From NCBI GenBank assembly GCA_964106915.2, contig OZ066921.1: 64,000 nt of DNA. One strand, written 5' to 3'. Made by a program: the position numbers and the translations under genes. The notes beneath the pieces are model-generated. The model searched no databases and had not been told where the DNA came from. It worked only from the letters and a program-made list of their open reading frames with translations. This document shows, one piece after another, positions 22,201 to 32,736 of the stretch (positions are counted from its first letter, which is position 1; the number at the start of each line of letters is the position of its first letter). Source of the DNA: Podarcis gaigeae (Eukaryota).

Positions 22201-25200
22201 ATTAAGTCTCATTCAGTTTGAGTATTGCATTTCTATGCTTCCTTAGTCACAAGCAAATGGTACAACATACTCTTCGCTGCTGCCTTCCCCCAAAGCGTTC
22301 TCTCTTGCTCTTCGTTGCTGTGAAGCAACTGCTTCTTTTGCCTTCCCAGTCTTCCCTTGTCTTGTCAAGTAACATTATCGTTCTGGCTCTCTACAGTGTG
22401 GCAGTGTGCCGATTTGCCAATGGTGGTGACGACTGGCATGTTCTAGTGGGCGTAGCCAAGGACCTCATCCTGAACCCACGCTCTGTGGCTGGAGGCTTTG
22501 TCTACACCTATAAGTTGATAAACAGTGGGGAGAAGCTTGAGTTCTTGCACAAGGTGAGAATTTCCTCCACTAGTGGGTTGGAGGGGGAGGAATCTGGGAA
22601 GATGAACATGGATGGGGCTTGCCAAGAGGTTGCTAAAATGTACTGATGAGACCCAACTCTTTGGGACGGAAATCTCTTGGTTGGGAACAGAGGACCATCA
22701 CTGTTAGTAAGTACTCCACAAATGGTTTTCCTTCTGTCCACAAAACAGCAGCCATATCAAAAATCACATTGGATTTTGCCAGTGTTTGCCATGCAAAATG
22801 TATGCACATTGCTTGCTGCCAGGGAAATTTGAGCAATTATAGTAATGGTGTGACAGTTGCAGTTATCTAATGGACATTTGAAGCAAAACAAGCATAGACC
22901 TGTGAATGGGTCATTTATAGGTGATCTGACTTGAGCTTTTGCAGCATCTGATGGTGGTTGCTGAATACTTTGGCTTCTGTTGACGTGGAGAAAGCCAACA
23001 ATGTACAGAGCACTGCAAAAGTTGAATTGTCCCTCCTTGTTGATACCTAGCAGCCTGGACCTGTGTGGAGGCAGGTTCTTTTGTTGGGCAGGAACAGGAC
23101 TAGGAGGCCCCTTCCTAGAGGCAGTTTGTCCTTGTGGGCTTGCAATGTCCATCTCTTCCCCAATGGATGCAATGGGTACTTGATTCAAGTGGGCCCCAAA
23201 ACCCAGTGGTGGTGGATCTGCATCCTTTGCCAGGGCTGAAACTTGCCCATCCTTGCAGTGGTAGGGCTTCATCTATGCAGTGAGGGTACTATTAATGATC
23301 TTTGTTTTGTCTGCTTGACAAAGGCTACTTCTCTTTCATTTTATTTCTGTTCAGACCCCAGTAGAGGAGGTACCAGCTGCTATTGCCCCCTTCCAAGGCA
23401 GAGTGCTCATTGGCGTGGGGAAACTCTTGCGGGTATATGACTTGGGCAAGAAGAAGCTGCTCCGGAAGTGTGAGAATAAGGTATTTAGAACGTGTTGTGT
23501 GTGTTTGTGTGCGCAGATCTCCTGGATGCTGCATTTCCTAAGGCAGACATTCCCTATCGCTTTTAACAAATTTGGTTGAAACCTTTGAACTTTTTTCAAG
23601 CTCCAGGGAAACGTTCTCTTGCCCAGAACTTTGGCTTCCTTCAAAAATTTAGGAATTAAGCAATTCTTAAATTGCTTAAGGGGTAAGTCTTCAGGGCTGT
23701 TTCCACCCTCTCTGTACCTTATTACATTTCACTGGATAGATAATCATTTTCTTTCCCTTTCGAATAGAATTGAGAATCTGAGGCTCAAAAGTGTGGTCTT
23801 GTGTTTCTGAAGCCATGGCCTATGATTCACATAAGGTGATAGTTGAAAGTTTTGGATTTTTTTAGTCATTCCTGACACCAACTTTATAATGGTGTAGTGA
23901 ACAGTCTGCACAAAAGGGCACAGAGCAGGCTGGAGCCCTCCAAATGTTTTGGACTACAACTCTCATCAGCTGTCAGCGTAGCCATTGGTCAAGGATGATG
24001 GGATTTGTAGTCCCAAACATCTGTTGGGTGCTGGGTTATAGAAAGTAGAAATAGGAAGATTTTCATATTTCACATATTTGCTTTTCCCTTGTTTGTTTGG
24101 CTTTCTGAGTATTCTAGAATCAGGAGAGCTACCTAGAATGATGTTAGCACTGGTTCTCAGTGCACATTCAGATATAGAAAGTGATCACAGATAAGCAATG
24201 TCCCAACTCCCCTTTTCTCTCTTAGAAAGCTACAGCTGTTGCACTATAAATGATCATAGCCTTGCAGAGAGATGCCCGTGATGTTCAGATTTCATGAAGG
24301 CTCAGGAAGGGATTTTAGGGCTTGCCTTGAACAGCCTCCCCTTTCTGCTTTTTGAACTGCTTTTCTAAATTGCTGTCACTTCCCAGCACATTGCCAACTA
24401 CATCTGTGGGATCCAGACCATTGGGCACCGAGTGATCGTCTCAGATGTCCAGGAGAGCTTCATCTGGGTGCGCTACAAGAGGAATGAGAACCAGCTGATC
24501 ATTTTTGCAGATGACACCCACCCCCGCTGGGTCACCACTGCCTGCCTCCTCGACTATGACACAGTGGCTGGGGCTGACAAGTTTGGCAACATCTGTGTGG
24601 TGAGTCAGCCTGAAGGCAGCCAGGAAACTCCTGGGGCTCATTTGAGAACTGTCCTGCTGTCGTTTTGATTCCCTGATGTGGGAGATGCCAGTGAAACCCC
24701 AGCCTTTTGTTAAGCACCATTTAGCTGGTGATCTGAGACCTTTCTCCTACACTCAGACGCTGCTGTCATGGGCGGTGGCAACTTCCTCTGGACACTCTTC
24801 TGCCAAAGTGCACACCTTGTGACTGTTCTGTTAATGGAGACATATGCTTGGTTGCTCTCCTTTTGTGGCTTGGATCACACATCACAGTCAGCCCACAGCT
24901 AAAAACAGACTGTGGATTTATGTGGTTGTGTTGGTGCATGCTGCTGAAAAATTCTTGCTTTGCTCCTCTCCTACTACTGCTGCTGCGACGGCTTGTTGTG
25001 ACTTCCAGACCTCATCCCGTTGTTTGTTTGCTTCCAACAAGCACAAGCAATGAGTCAAGAACAAACCTTGGCTAACTCTCATGATTTGTTGGGGGAGAAA
25101 CATGCTGTGAACCCAGGTTGGGGCACTCACTGTGGTTTGATGTGACATGCAGAGTGTTTGCTTGTTTGGGCTTACAACACCTTCTAGTTATTCCCATTTG

Positions 25201-28200
25201 CCACTGAGGCCATGCGCGAGTTTGACTCTCTTGATGCCTCCTCCTGTAGGTGCGGCTGCCGCCCAACACAAATGATGAGGTAGACGAGGACCCAACTGGA
25301 AACAAGGCATTGTGGGATAGAGGCCTTCTTAATGGGGCTTCTCAAAAGGTAACTTTGGTGTAGGGAAGGGGGTGCTTCCTCAGGTGAGAAACTGGAGGCT
25401 CTTTCTAGTTTTCTGGTTATTTATTAACTTCATTACCTGCTTATTTCTGGAACTGGCAACTTCCTTTTTAAGAATATATAAATCTACTGATAAAAAACAT
25501 GTTAGAGTGATTTTTTTTTTTTAAGCCAGAGTATCCCTATGGAATTAATAACATGACTGTCTCCCTGCTGGAGCCTGAAACGGCTTTTGAAATTAACTTC
25601 TGTGTCTATGTAAATGCAGTGTGGAGCAGAGTTAAACCCCTGCATAGAGTGAAATTGTACTCATGTGGTCAAGCAGGTGCCTTTGGAGCTTTGTAATTAG
25701 GGTTGTTTGTAGTTTTTTTTTGTGCACAAAGGAATAGAGATTTTTTAAAAGTTCACAGAAAAATCTCTTCCGTGTTCTTGAAATGCTGTAACATGATACA
25801 GGCAAAGCTTTTGTGATTTCCCACTACTCTGCTTTGAGAAGTTCCTGGGGATAGGAGGGACAGTTTTCCTTTCCAATAGGGGAACATTGGACCCTTGTTA
25901 GTTAAATGAAACTTGAAACAGTATGAGGGAGAAACAACCCAGGACAACTGACCCCATGTAATTGTTGAGCCAGTATAGGGAGTATGAAGTGATTCAGGTT
26001 TGCTTAATTTTTTATTTTATTTGCAATGTCTTCTGAGGTTCATAGCACCCCTGTTACTGTAGGAGAGGTATCCCTCCTACACAATTTTATTTTTTACACT
26101 TAGCTAGCAGGAAGTAAATTTTAAGACATATTTCAACAGTCATCCTGTTTTAGGGGGGGATAATTTAATTGACACTGCATTTTAGAAATGTGAAATACAG
26201 TCCTAATGAAATACTGTGCTCATAATGGAAGGGGTCCAATGTACTCCAGTAGCCTAATAGCACCTCCTTCCCCAAGCATTACACATAGGAAATCACTGTT
26301 GCAAGTTTGCATTATAAGTGTGTTTAGAAATGTCCTCACCAACCACTGGAAGTGATAAATGTAGGTTTTCTTTGATGAAAATGAGATTGTCTGGATTTAA
26401 TGCATTATCTTAGGTCACCTGCTGAAGTCTTGCTTGTCTTCCTTTCAGGCAGAGGTGATTATGAACTACCATGTAGGGGAAACAGTCCTGTCCCTGCAGA
26501 AGACAACTCTAATCCCCGGAGGCTCTGAATCTCTTGTCTATACGACCTTATCTGGGGGCATTGGCATTCTGGTCCCGTTTACATCACATGAGGTAGGAAG
26601 TTCTTGTATGATGGAAATACTAAGAGTTGTGCAGCAGGAACACTTAATGCCCTGCAGTAGTGACAGTGAGTTATGGGAGGATGGAAGACAAAGCTGAAAG
26701 GGTGGGGAGGCTATGCCACTCCCTGCCCACAGTTGGCCTCTTGGCTCTTCCTTGTGTGGATCAGAAATGGATCTGCTTTAATGCACGTACTGAGCTTGGC
26801 TGCTGTTGGACCTCCTGAGCTGCCTATGGCTCTCTTTGCTCTCTGTATCTCTCCCCCCCCCCCCCAGTGCATACACTGATATCTGGCAATATAATGTACC
26901 CTGAAAACCTTTGCTGACACAGGTGACGCCCACATTTGCCAGTTGGCTCTGCCCATGAGGCATGACTGAAATTTTATTGCATGACAGAATGAAGCAGAGC
27001 TAAAAAGGACTCACGGAAATTTTGGCATTTGGTTGCCCAAGGTACAAATGGGCTGGGCTACTCGTTAGAAGCATCTGTCCAAGGAAAGGACTGGGTGACA
27101 TATTTTACAGGAATATATAGCCCCTGCTCTGACTCACCCTCATAAGTTTACTATACTCAGTTGTTATAACTGCCAGAATGGCCAGACATCACGCCCAATC
27201 ATAAGCCAATTAGCCAATAAAGCTCTAGGAGAAGACATGATCCCAATGGAGATTTATAAGACCAGATTTCTGGTCGCCCATTTTTGCAAAACAGTTTTCA
27301 TATATTAACAGCTCAGGTTACATACCGGAAGGGTGGAAGCTGAGTATAATTGCCCCAATATACAAAAAGGGTGATTAGAAAAATCCTGCCAGTTATAGAC
27401 CCATTAGTTTGTTAGATGTAGCCTCTAAACTATATGCCAGGCTCCTCCTTGGGAGGCTGGATGAATGGGCAGATACAAATAAGGTGATATCTGAAGTCCA
27501 GGCCGGTTTCCGAAGAGGGAAATCTACATTGGACCGGTGCTTTGTGATGAACTTTCTGCTATGTAAATACATCCTTCCCCAAAATGTGTTGTCAACCAGT
27601 GTACCAATCACAGCTGCTCCTCTTTTCAGTGCTGGCCCCGGGTGTGGCCTGACATTGCTGCTTCCAGCTGTTTTCCTTTCCCTTTGATGGCGCTCTCTCT
27701 TTTCAGGATCATGACTTCTTCCAACATGTTGAGATGCATCTGAGGTCTGAACACCCTCCTCTCTGTGGACGAGACCACCTCAGCTTCCGCTCCTATTACT
27801 TCCCAGTGAAGGTAGGCTGAGTTTGTGGGTCTCTGCTACATGTCCATCATATGCTAGTAAGCACTTGAGCTCTGCTCATGGGTAAAAGTTGCCAATGTGA
27901 AGGCCAAATTTCCCCCTGCATTTTATGCTTGGTCAGAGCATCTGCTGAGGTTGCTGGAATGGCTTTTCCAGGACAGGATTCTGCTTGCTAAGAAGGGTAA
28001 TCAGCAATGGAGCCTATATGTCTATGTGATTCTCTGACCTTTTCACCATCTGGGTGGTTTGTCTGAACGGACGTTTATCTTTTCTAAGTGATATGTATAG
28101 ATTTCAAGCCCCCCTATTGCTGTTCTCCCTGGTGATGGTATTATCCTGTTAGAACTGACCTAGGTATCAAGGTGGGTCTACTTTTTTCTTTGGAAACCAG

Positions 28201-28870
28201 GTGTTTCTCTTGGGTCACCTGTACATCATGGATAGGGCAGCACTGTCCATTGTGTCAGAATTCGGTTTCTGGCCCCCCCATATGAATCTGCATTTCAGGA
28301 AATGCTTCTGTGACAATGAGGAGTCATGCAGCAGGTTATTTTTGCATTAGCACGGTTAAGTCTTCATTTCTAGACTTGCAGCGTTATCAGTGTAGCTCTA
28401 AAGCTGCAAGTTCACCACATGCCAAGCCCTGGGGTGATCTTGAGCAAGATAGTTCGAGTTTTGGGGGTTGTTTTTTTTTTGCTGGAGTTTTCTAGTTTTT
28501 TGTGCCCCCCCCCCCAATTCCATGGACTTGTGGACACCTTCATTTTTCACTTTTAGGCAAATGTCTGCTGAATACCTGTACTTTTTTAGAGAGAGAATTT
28601 GCTTTTATTCATTCTGACTCTTGTGGAGAATCTTTGGGCCTCTTAGACAAGCCTCTTGTTCTGTGTGCTTTGGGTTTGCTTTCTTTGCAGCTTCTAAAAT
28701 AGCCCCCCACCCTTTCTTTCTCTTGCTAGAATGTCATTGATGGGGATCTGTGTGAGCAGTTCAACTCCATGGAGCCCAACAAGCAGAAGAACGTGTCTGA
28801 AGAGCTGGACAGGACCCCACCAGAGGTGTCCAAGAAGCTGGAGGACATCCGCACCCGCTATGCTTTCTGA
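2021..28870 (+). CDS. SF3B3: SF3B3 (splicing factor 3b subunit 3 / SAP130), spliced CDS of exons 4-26; 5'-partial because exons 1-3 are upstream of the window
   Basis: 23 GT-AG exons whose phases join into one open frame, from (G)[29 protein letters not shown] to [12 protein letters not shown]-stop; peptides near-identical to vertebrate SF3B3 as recalled. Confidence 0.99.
3309..3450 (+). CDS. SF3B3: SF3B3 exon 5 (142 nt)
   Basis: cacag|GAAGCT ... ACAG|gtact; [16 protein letters not shown]...GNFLIT. Confidence 0.97.
4137..4249 (+). CDS. SF3B3: SF3B3 exon 6 (113 nt)
   Basis: gttag|TCCCT ... AGG|gtaag; [17 protein letters not shown]...PIPRRR. Confidence 0.97.
5124..5193 (+). ncRNA. SNORD111: Box C/D snoRNA, SNORD111 family (positional match to SNORD111), SF3B3 intron 6
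   Basis: Terminal stem GCTTGA/TCAAGC; C box GTGATGA 5131-5137; guide ATGTCTCTTC; D' CTGA 5153-5156; C' GTGGAGA; D box CTGA 5184-5187. Confidence 0.9.
5892..6029 (+). CDS. SF3B3: SF3B3 exon 7 (138 nt)
   Basis: ggcag|AATGAC ... ATG|gtacg; [12 protein letters not shown]...ETDEDM. Confidence 0.97.
6066..6109 (+). repeat. Compound (TG)n(AG)n(G)n microsatellite in SF3B3 intron 7
   Basis: Direct sequence. Confidence 0.9.
6207..6310 (+). CDS. SF3B3: SF3B3 exon 8 (104 nt)
   Basis: ttcag|GTAACA ... AACCA|gtaag; [34 protein letters not shown]. Confidence 0.97.
6732..6917. mobile_element. hAT-superfamily MITE (about 186 bp)
   Basis: Imperfect TIRs CAGGGGTAGTCAACC / GGTTCACAACTCCTG; perfect 8-bp TSD AGATAGAC (6724-6731, 6918-6925). 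Confidence 0.85.
7113..7278 (+). CDS. SF3B3: SF3B3 exon 9 (166 nt)
   Basis: tgcag|CTACC ... CAG|gtatg; [19 protein letters not shown]...SPILCCQ. Confidence 0.97.
8100..8520 (+). mobile_element. Degenerate L1-like LINE 3' fragment (ORF2 C-terminus, 3' UTR, A-rich tail); boundaries approximate
   Basis: Broken frame W..KLMDYAEM / [21 protein letters not shown] resembles squamate L1 ORF2 ends as recalled; followed by T-rich UTR and A-rich end. Confidence 0.6.
8854..8949 (+). CDS. SF3B3: SF3B3 exon 10 (96 nt)
   Basis: tgcag|ATAGCT ... GAG|gtaag; [32 protein letters not shown]. Confidence 0.97.
9067..9199. mobile_element. Palindromic hAT MITE (GACTACAACTCCCATC-core family)
   Basis: TIR CAGGCATAGGCAAAC / GTTTGCCTATGCCTG; long internal inverted repeat; 8-bp TSD AGCTAGAA/GGCTAGAA (1 mismatch). 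Confidence 0.88.
9514..9586 (+). CDS. SF3B3: SF3B3 exon 11 (73 nt)
   Basis: tctag|GTATCT ... GAAG|gtagg; [24 protein letters not shown]. Confidence 0.97.
10258..10290 (+). repeat. (TTG)n microsatellite
   Basis: Direct sequence. Confidence 0.9.
10576..10670 (-). mobile_element. CR1-type 3' end fragment (CR1 LINE or CR1-dependent SINE tail); related fragments near 19660-19720 and 43390-43450
   Basis: TAGAATCATAGAATTGGAAGGGACC...CATCTAGTCTAACCCCCTGC is the reverse complement of the CR1 3' terminus with an ATTCTATG-type repeat. Confidence 0.65.
13695..14057 (+). mobile_element. Sauria SINE, full length, in SF3B3 intron 11
   Basis: tRNA-like head GGGACGCAGGTGGCGCTGTGGGTTAAA...GGTTCGAATCC (A/B boxes); (ACCTTT)n tail; 14-bp TSD TAGCAGCGCTGCTA (13681-13694, 14058-14071). 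Confidence 0.93.
15648..15799 (+). CDS. SF3B3: SF3B3 exon 12 (152 nt)
   Basis: attag|ATGAAT ... CAG|gtaag; (D)[15 protein letters not shown]...DDALVQ. Confidence 0.97.
16608..16763 (+). CDS. SF3B3: SF3B3 exon 13 (156 nt)
   Basis: tttag|GTTTAT ... CCA|gtacg; [24 protein letters not shown]...YFEMDP. Confidence 0.97.
17192..17347 (+). CDS. SF3B3: SF3B3 exon 14 (156 nt)
   Basis: accag|TCAGGG ... TCT|gtaag; [13 protein letters not shown]...IISLDPS. Confidence 0.97.
18357..18500 (+). CDS. SF3B3: SF3B3 exon 15 (144 nt)
   Basis: cttag|GACTGT ... CAG|gtgag; [17 protein letters not shown]...LNIGLQ. Confidence 0.97.
19104..19226 (+). CDS. SF3B3: SF3B3 exon 16 (123 nt)
   Basis: cccag|AACGGT ... GCG|gtgag; [41 protein letters not shown]. 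Confidence 0.97.
19925..20079 (+). CDS. SF3B3: SF3B3 exon 17 (155 nt)
   Basis: tccag|GTGCTG ... GAG|gttcg; [23 protein letters not shown]...ISTNTL. Confidence 0.97.
21013..21187 (+). CDS. SF3B3: SF3B3 exon 18 (175 nt)
   Basis: cacag|GATTTT ... GAG|gtaac; [25 protein letters not shown]...QQMAE. Confidence 0.97.
21430..21690 (+). mobile_element. Old CR1-like LINE 3' fragment; boundaries approximate
   Basis: GATGGCCACCAACTTGGATGGCTTTAAAAGAG and GGCCACTGTGAGAACAGGATGCTG...GGCCTGAACCAGCAGGC, motifs I recognise from squamate CR1 3' ends. Confidence 0.55.
21718..21923 (+). CDS. SF3B3: SF3B3 exon 19 (206 nt)
   Basis: tgcag|GAAATG ... CAG|gtaag; [17 protein letters not shown]...QNEAAF. Confidence 0.97.
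22397..22553 (+). CDS. SF3B3: SF3B3 exon 20 (157 nt)
   Basis: tacag|TGTGGC ... AAG|gtgag; [23 protein letters not shown]...EFLHK. Confidence 0.97.
23355..23480 (+). CDS. SF3B3: SF3B3 exon 21 (126 nt)
   Basis: ttcag|ACCCCA ... AAG|gtatt; [42 protein letters not shown]. Confidence 0.97.
24387..24599 (+). CDS. SF3B3: SF3B3 exon 22 (213 nt)
   Basis: cccag|CACATT ... GTG|gtgag; [24 protein letters not shown]...KFGNICV. Confidence 0.97.
25250..25348 (+). CDS. SF3B3: SF3B3 exon 23 (99 nt)
   Basis: tgtag|GTGCGG ... AAG|gtaac; [33 protein letters not shown]. Confidence 0.97.
26449..26592 (+). CDS. SF3B3: SF3B3 exon 24 (144 nt)
   Basis: ttcag|GCAGAG ... GAG|gtagg; [25 protein letters not shown]...PFTSHE. 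Confidence 0.97.
27230..27575 (+). mobile_element. Non-LTR retrotransposon reverse-transcriptase fragment (RTE/RTE-X-like), with in-frame stop, in SF3B3 intron 24
   Basis: [37 protein letters not shown]...[12 protein letters not shown]: N-terminal LINE RT motifs YRPISLL and QxGFR. Confidence 0.85.
27707..27811 (+). CDS. SF3B3: SF3B3 exon 25 (105 nt)
   Basis: ttcag|GATCAT ... AAG|gtagg; [35 protein letters not shown]. Confidence 0.97.
28730..28870 (+). CDS. SF3B3: SF3B3 exon 26, coding part (141 nt, ends in TGA)
   Basis: gctag|AATGTC ... TTC TGA; [20 protein letters not shown]...DIRTRYAF*. Confidence 0.97.
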   Translation, partial: NVIDGDLCEQFNSMEPNKQKNVSEELDRTPPEVSKKLEDIRTRYAF

Positions 28871-29406
28871 GAGGCGCCTTTTCAGGGACGTGGCTGGGAT
28901 TCCTGTTCCAAAGATGTTTTGAAGGGTATGAGCTTTTTTGGCCAGTTGCTCCCACTTTGGTACTCTTGTTTTCTTCCAGCGACTTGAAAGTCCAACCATG
29001 TCATCAACCTGTTCTGTCCATGCTGTTCCAGGAGTCAGTCAGGTTCTCCCAAGTGGCGAGGCCTCCCCTTTCAGGTGTGTTTCTGGCTCCACCCTTTTAT
29101 AGACAGTTTGGGTGCTGCACCCACTACCAACCTGCCCTTGGACAAGGCCCTGGTGCCCTTTCCTTGTCAAGTGAGCTAGCTAGATGAAGTCCCCTTTTCT
29201 GAGTTGGTAAGATATAAGCACAGGGACGTTAGGGCTCCTCCTCTTCTTCCATTGGCCAGTGTCTGGGAAGCCTTGTGGGCGTGGCTGGTGTAATTTTTCC
29301 ATCCTGCAGTTTTTATCTCTGTGTTTGTAAATAGAGTCTTGTACCAAGTTAGCCTTTTGTCTGCTGAAGAGATGGCCTGTATGATTCTGGCCATAGATTT
29401 TTCTTT

Positions 29407-29412
29407 AATAAA
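29407..29412 (+). terminator. SF3B3 polyadenylation signal AATAAA (3' UTR about 550 nt)
   Basis: First AATAAA I could see after the stop codon; followed by GT-rich sequence (ctgtttggtg). Confidence 0.7.
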
Positions 29413-31670
29413 ACCCAGCATCTGGATTAAAGGTTGGCTGACAAACCTGTTTGGTGACTTCTCTCATGAATTTTACCTGCTCCTGGGGACATGAGCTAGG
29501 GAGGAGCTACCAATGGCACATTAATTTCATGGGAGGATCAATCTTGTCATTCATTTTAAAATGCCACGTTTCCCTGCACTTGCAGTGTCTAGTATTAGGC
29601 TCTGTATTTCTCTAGAGATCTTACTCTCCATTTACTCTGCTGTGGAAGACTTGTTCAGCCCTCTCAGCTGTCCTAAGGATGTTTATACTTGAGTTCTGGA
29701 ATTGTCTCCCAACCTACCCTACCCTACCTACCCCTTCAGATAAGATAACGTTGTTATGTTTACTTTCCTCAAAAGCAAACCTTTTGCACTCCCTCCCTCC
29801 GAGCCATTATTCAGGCTGCATTACATGTGAATGACAGATCTCTTTGTTTCTATGGTGGGCTGACTACTTGTTTTAAATGTAATATAGGGGTTTGATTCAT
29901 ACGAGTCAGCCTGGCCCAATAGTCAGGGATAATGGGAGCTGTTTGCAAATATTTGGAGGGCACAGGTTCCTGACCTCTGGAGGACAGTGCAGATGTCTAT
30001 GGAACTTGTGACTGGCTGCAGCTCCTAAACACAGATACTTGCTTGAAGAGATACAAATGCCCTTCAGATATTATGGGGACCAGATGTTTAGTTCAAAATG
30101 TGCTGGCTGCTGAGAGATCAGTGTCTGGTTTTAATAGTCGTGAGCTCACCTTTAGTTGAGGTCCAGCTAGAAATACAGTGGAACCGGCAGCACTGCCCCT
30201 TGGTGGAATGGGCACTTGCCGGATCAGGCTATAGAGAACTTATGAGCAGTATTTTATTTAAGCCCAAAGCCAGGTGATTTCAGATCTAGAAATTGGGCCA
30301 AGGCTTTCTGGGCCTTTTTCAAAAGTTTCCTGGTGCTTCGGGTTGCTTTTGTTTCAAATGTCTTCACTGAACAATTACTTTAAAGGACTATTTCTCCTTC
30401 CATGTATGGATGTGGGAGTTCTGGATTGGATATCATCCATTTCAGAAGTAGAACTAACTAAGCAAATTCTCTTGTCAGCTGAAAATCTCTCTTTCGGCTA
30501 GGCTCTGACATGCTATGTCAAGCTGCCACACTGGACCTTCTCTGGCTCCAAGAAAAGGAGAGCCCATCCCATCAGAAGGGAGCCAGTAGCCAGTGAGGGA
30601 TTGCGGAAAAGGGAGTAACCTGTGTCTGGTTGGGAAGTCTCTTGCCCTCTTAGACAAGGCCAGAGCGGAGCAGCATGTAGCCTTTGAGGACTGCTGCTGC
30701 CCAGCTGCCTCATTAAGGTTGGGGCTGGTGGAGAGGCCTAACACAGCCCAGCCTTGAAATGGTTCAGTGATTAGGGGTGGGGATTGATGTGAAGGGCAAC
30801 TGTCAGTGACAAAGACCGTGGTAAAGCTTGCTGTGGGGAAGAACTATCTTCTATGCTGCTATAGTGGAAGCTACAGAAATAATACCCCTCAGACTTCACC
30901 CCCGTTACTTCTCCACATACACAAGCAGGCACACTTGGATATTCTATGGGCATGGAAATGCTGGTTTCTTGCTACAAGGTGTTGGAAATATGCAAATGGC
31001 TGTGAGAAGAGCTTTGGGGATTGATGCACTGGCTGGTACTGAAATCAGCAAGGCCCAGCTCCTTTCTCCTAGTCCAGGGGCTGGGGCTTTAGAGCAACAG
31101 CATTAGAAAAAGGCATGCCCCAGAAGGCTAAAAAACAACAACACATGCTTTTTGCTTTCCATGTGAGAAGATACAGAGACACAGCTATTGATTGCTACTT
31201 CCACTGTTGGAGGCAGTGTGCTTCTGAATACCAGTTGCAGGGAATCACATGAGGAGTTTCTATTGTGCTCTGCCTTTGAGTTTCCTACAGGCATCTGGTT
31301 TGTCTCTGCCAGAGCGGGATGGGTCTTTGCTACAATCCAGCAGGCTCTTATGCTCGTCTGAAATACACCTTAAGACATCTCTCTTAAGAACCCCTACTAG
31401 GCTAGAACTCTAGAAGGTGTTGCTTTGTTTTAAAAAAATACACTTACCTTTCGATTTCTGTAACCATAAATTCAGAATTGGAATGGCTGGGACAAATGTG
31501 TGTTAGCATTTGTGTTGTGATTCCAGTAGGGTTACAGGTAGGAAAACCACCTGTGGATGTTGTGTGCCTGGCCTGAAGAAACAACTGCTTTCTTCCTCTT
31601 ATGCGTAGGAGAGTAAGAATGGGTGGGATGGGGTGGGAGGAACCAATTTGCGTTAATTACAGTACAACTT

Positions 31671-31676
31671 TTTATT
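31671..31676 (-). terminator. Probable MTSS2 polyadenylation signal AATAAA (3' UTR about 3.7 kb, roughly 31650-35365)
   Basis: Minus-strand AATAAA at the end of a U/A-rich, 3'-UTR-like block (about 31680-32060). Confidence 0.65.
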
Positions 31677-32736
31677 AATACTGGAATCTTCACAGTGCAT
31701 TCGTTACTTGTAGCAGTGACTATTTTAAATGAAGGGAGAGGATAATTAACTTTTAAGAATGAAAGAGGGTGGGTGGGTAAGGCCAGGGCTGCTAGCAAAA
31801 GGGGGGGGGGGTAGGGAAAATAAATTAGAAAAAAAGAACAAGTTAACAGCACCAGAATAGTTAACATCAGTTGAGAGAGACATTTTAAAGGGTTTTTTTC
31901 CTCTGTACAAAAAAATAAAATAAAAATAAAAAGCAAAATGCAAACATTTCTCACGCATTGTCACTGTTGTCATTTCTGGCCATGACAGGGAGGAGGGGGG
32001 CACCCACAGGAAGGTTGGTTGGTTAGAAACTAAACTGTTATTACTACGACAGTATAAGAGTTAAGGAGGCTACAACGTGACACCCACGCAAGCGCACATA
32101 AGACATCTGGGCTGTGGGGAGGGTGGAGGGGACTGCTGTGGCTCTATGTACAACAACGACAACACCAGGCCCTGCTGTGCCTTGCAGGAGCTAAGGATGG
32201 GGAGACGGGGAGGATCCAGCAAGAGGGAGCAGGCGCAGTTGTGCTTTCTCAGAGGCTTCTAGGCACCCCAGCCCTCAAGGGGCCTTGAGTTGGCTGGTTT
32301 GTATTCACCACCGCTGTGCTTTGCTTGTGCCTCACCACACAGCACTCAACGCTGTCCACAGCTGTGCTCTCACTCTACTTTAGAAAGGGTTGTTGACCAC
32401 CATGCTGCTGCTATGAGAAATGTGGTGGCATCTCTCTTGGAATAATTGTCACAAGCCCATCTTTCATTTTTTTCTTTGCATGGGTAAGCTCTGTACTCGA
32501 ATGCCTGGCCAGTTCAAAGACAAAGGAAGCCCCTAATGTCTAGCATGGGCTCTGCCTCCCCCACTTAGCCACCCCATATGTGCTACATCTGTGCTGTTCA
32601 GTGATCCTTGGATACTCAACAATCCCAGGAGAGGAAAGCAAGACATGCTCATTCTTGAGCCCAACAAACACAAAAGGTGGAGGTTATGCATCAGGGGCCG
32701 TTTAATGGACCCTCATTTGTTGAGGAAGCTTGATCT

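Noticed and set aside
30274-31024. Faint IL34-like peptides (DLEIGPRL vs DVEVSPKV; LDILW...WKY vs LRYLW...HPSWKY)
   Set aside because: Order and spacing do not match IL34 exon structure and similarity is at chance level; I cannot call a pseudogene without an alignment.
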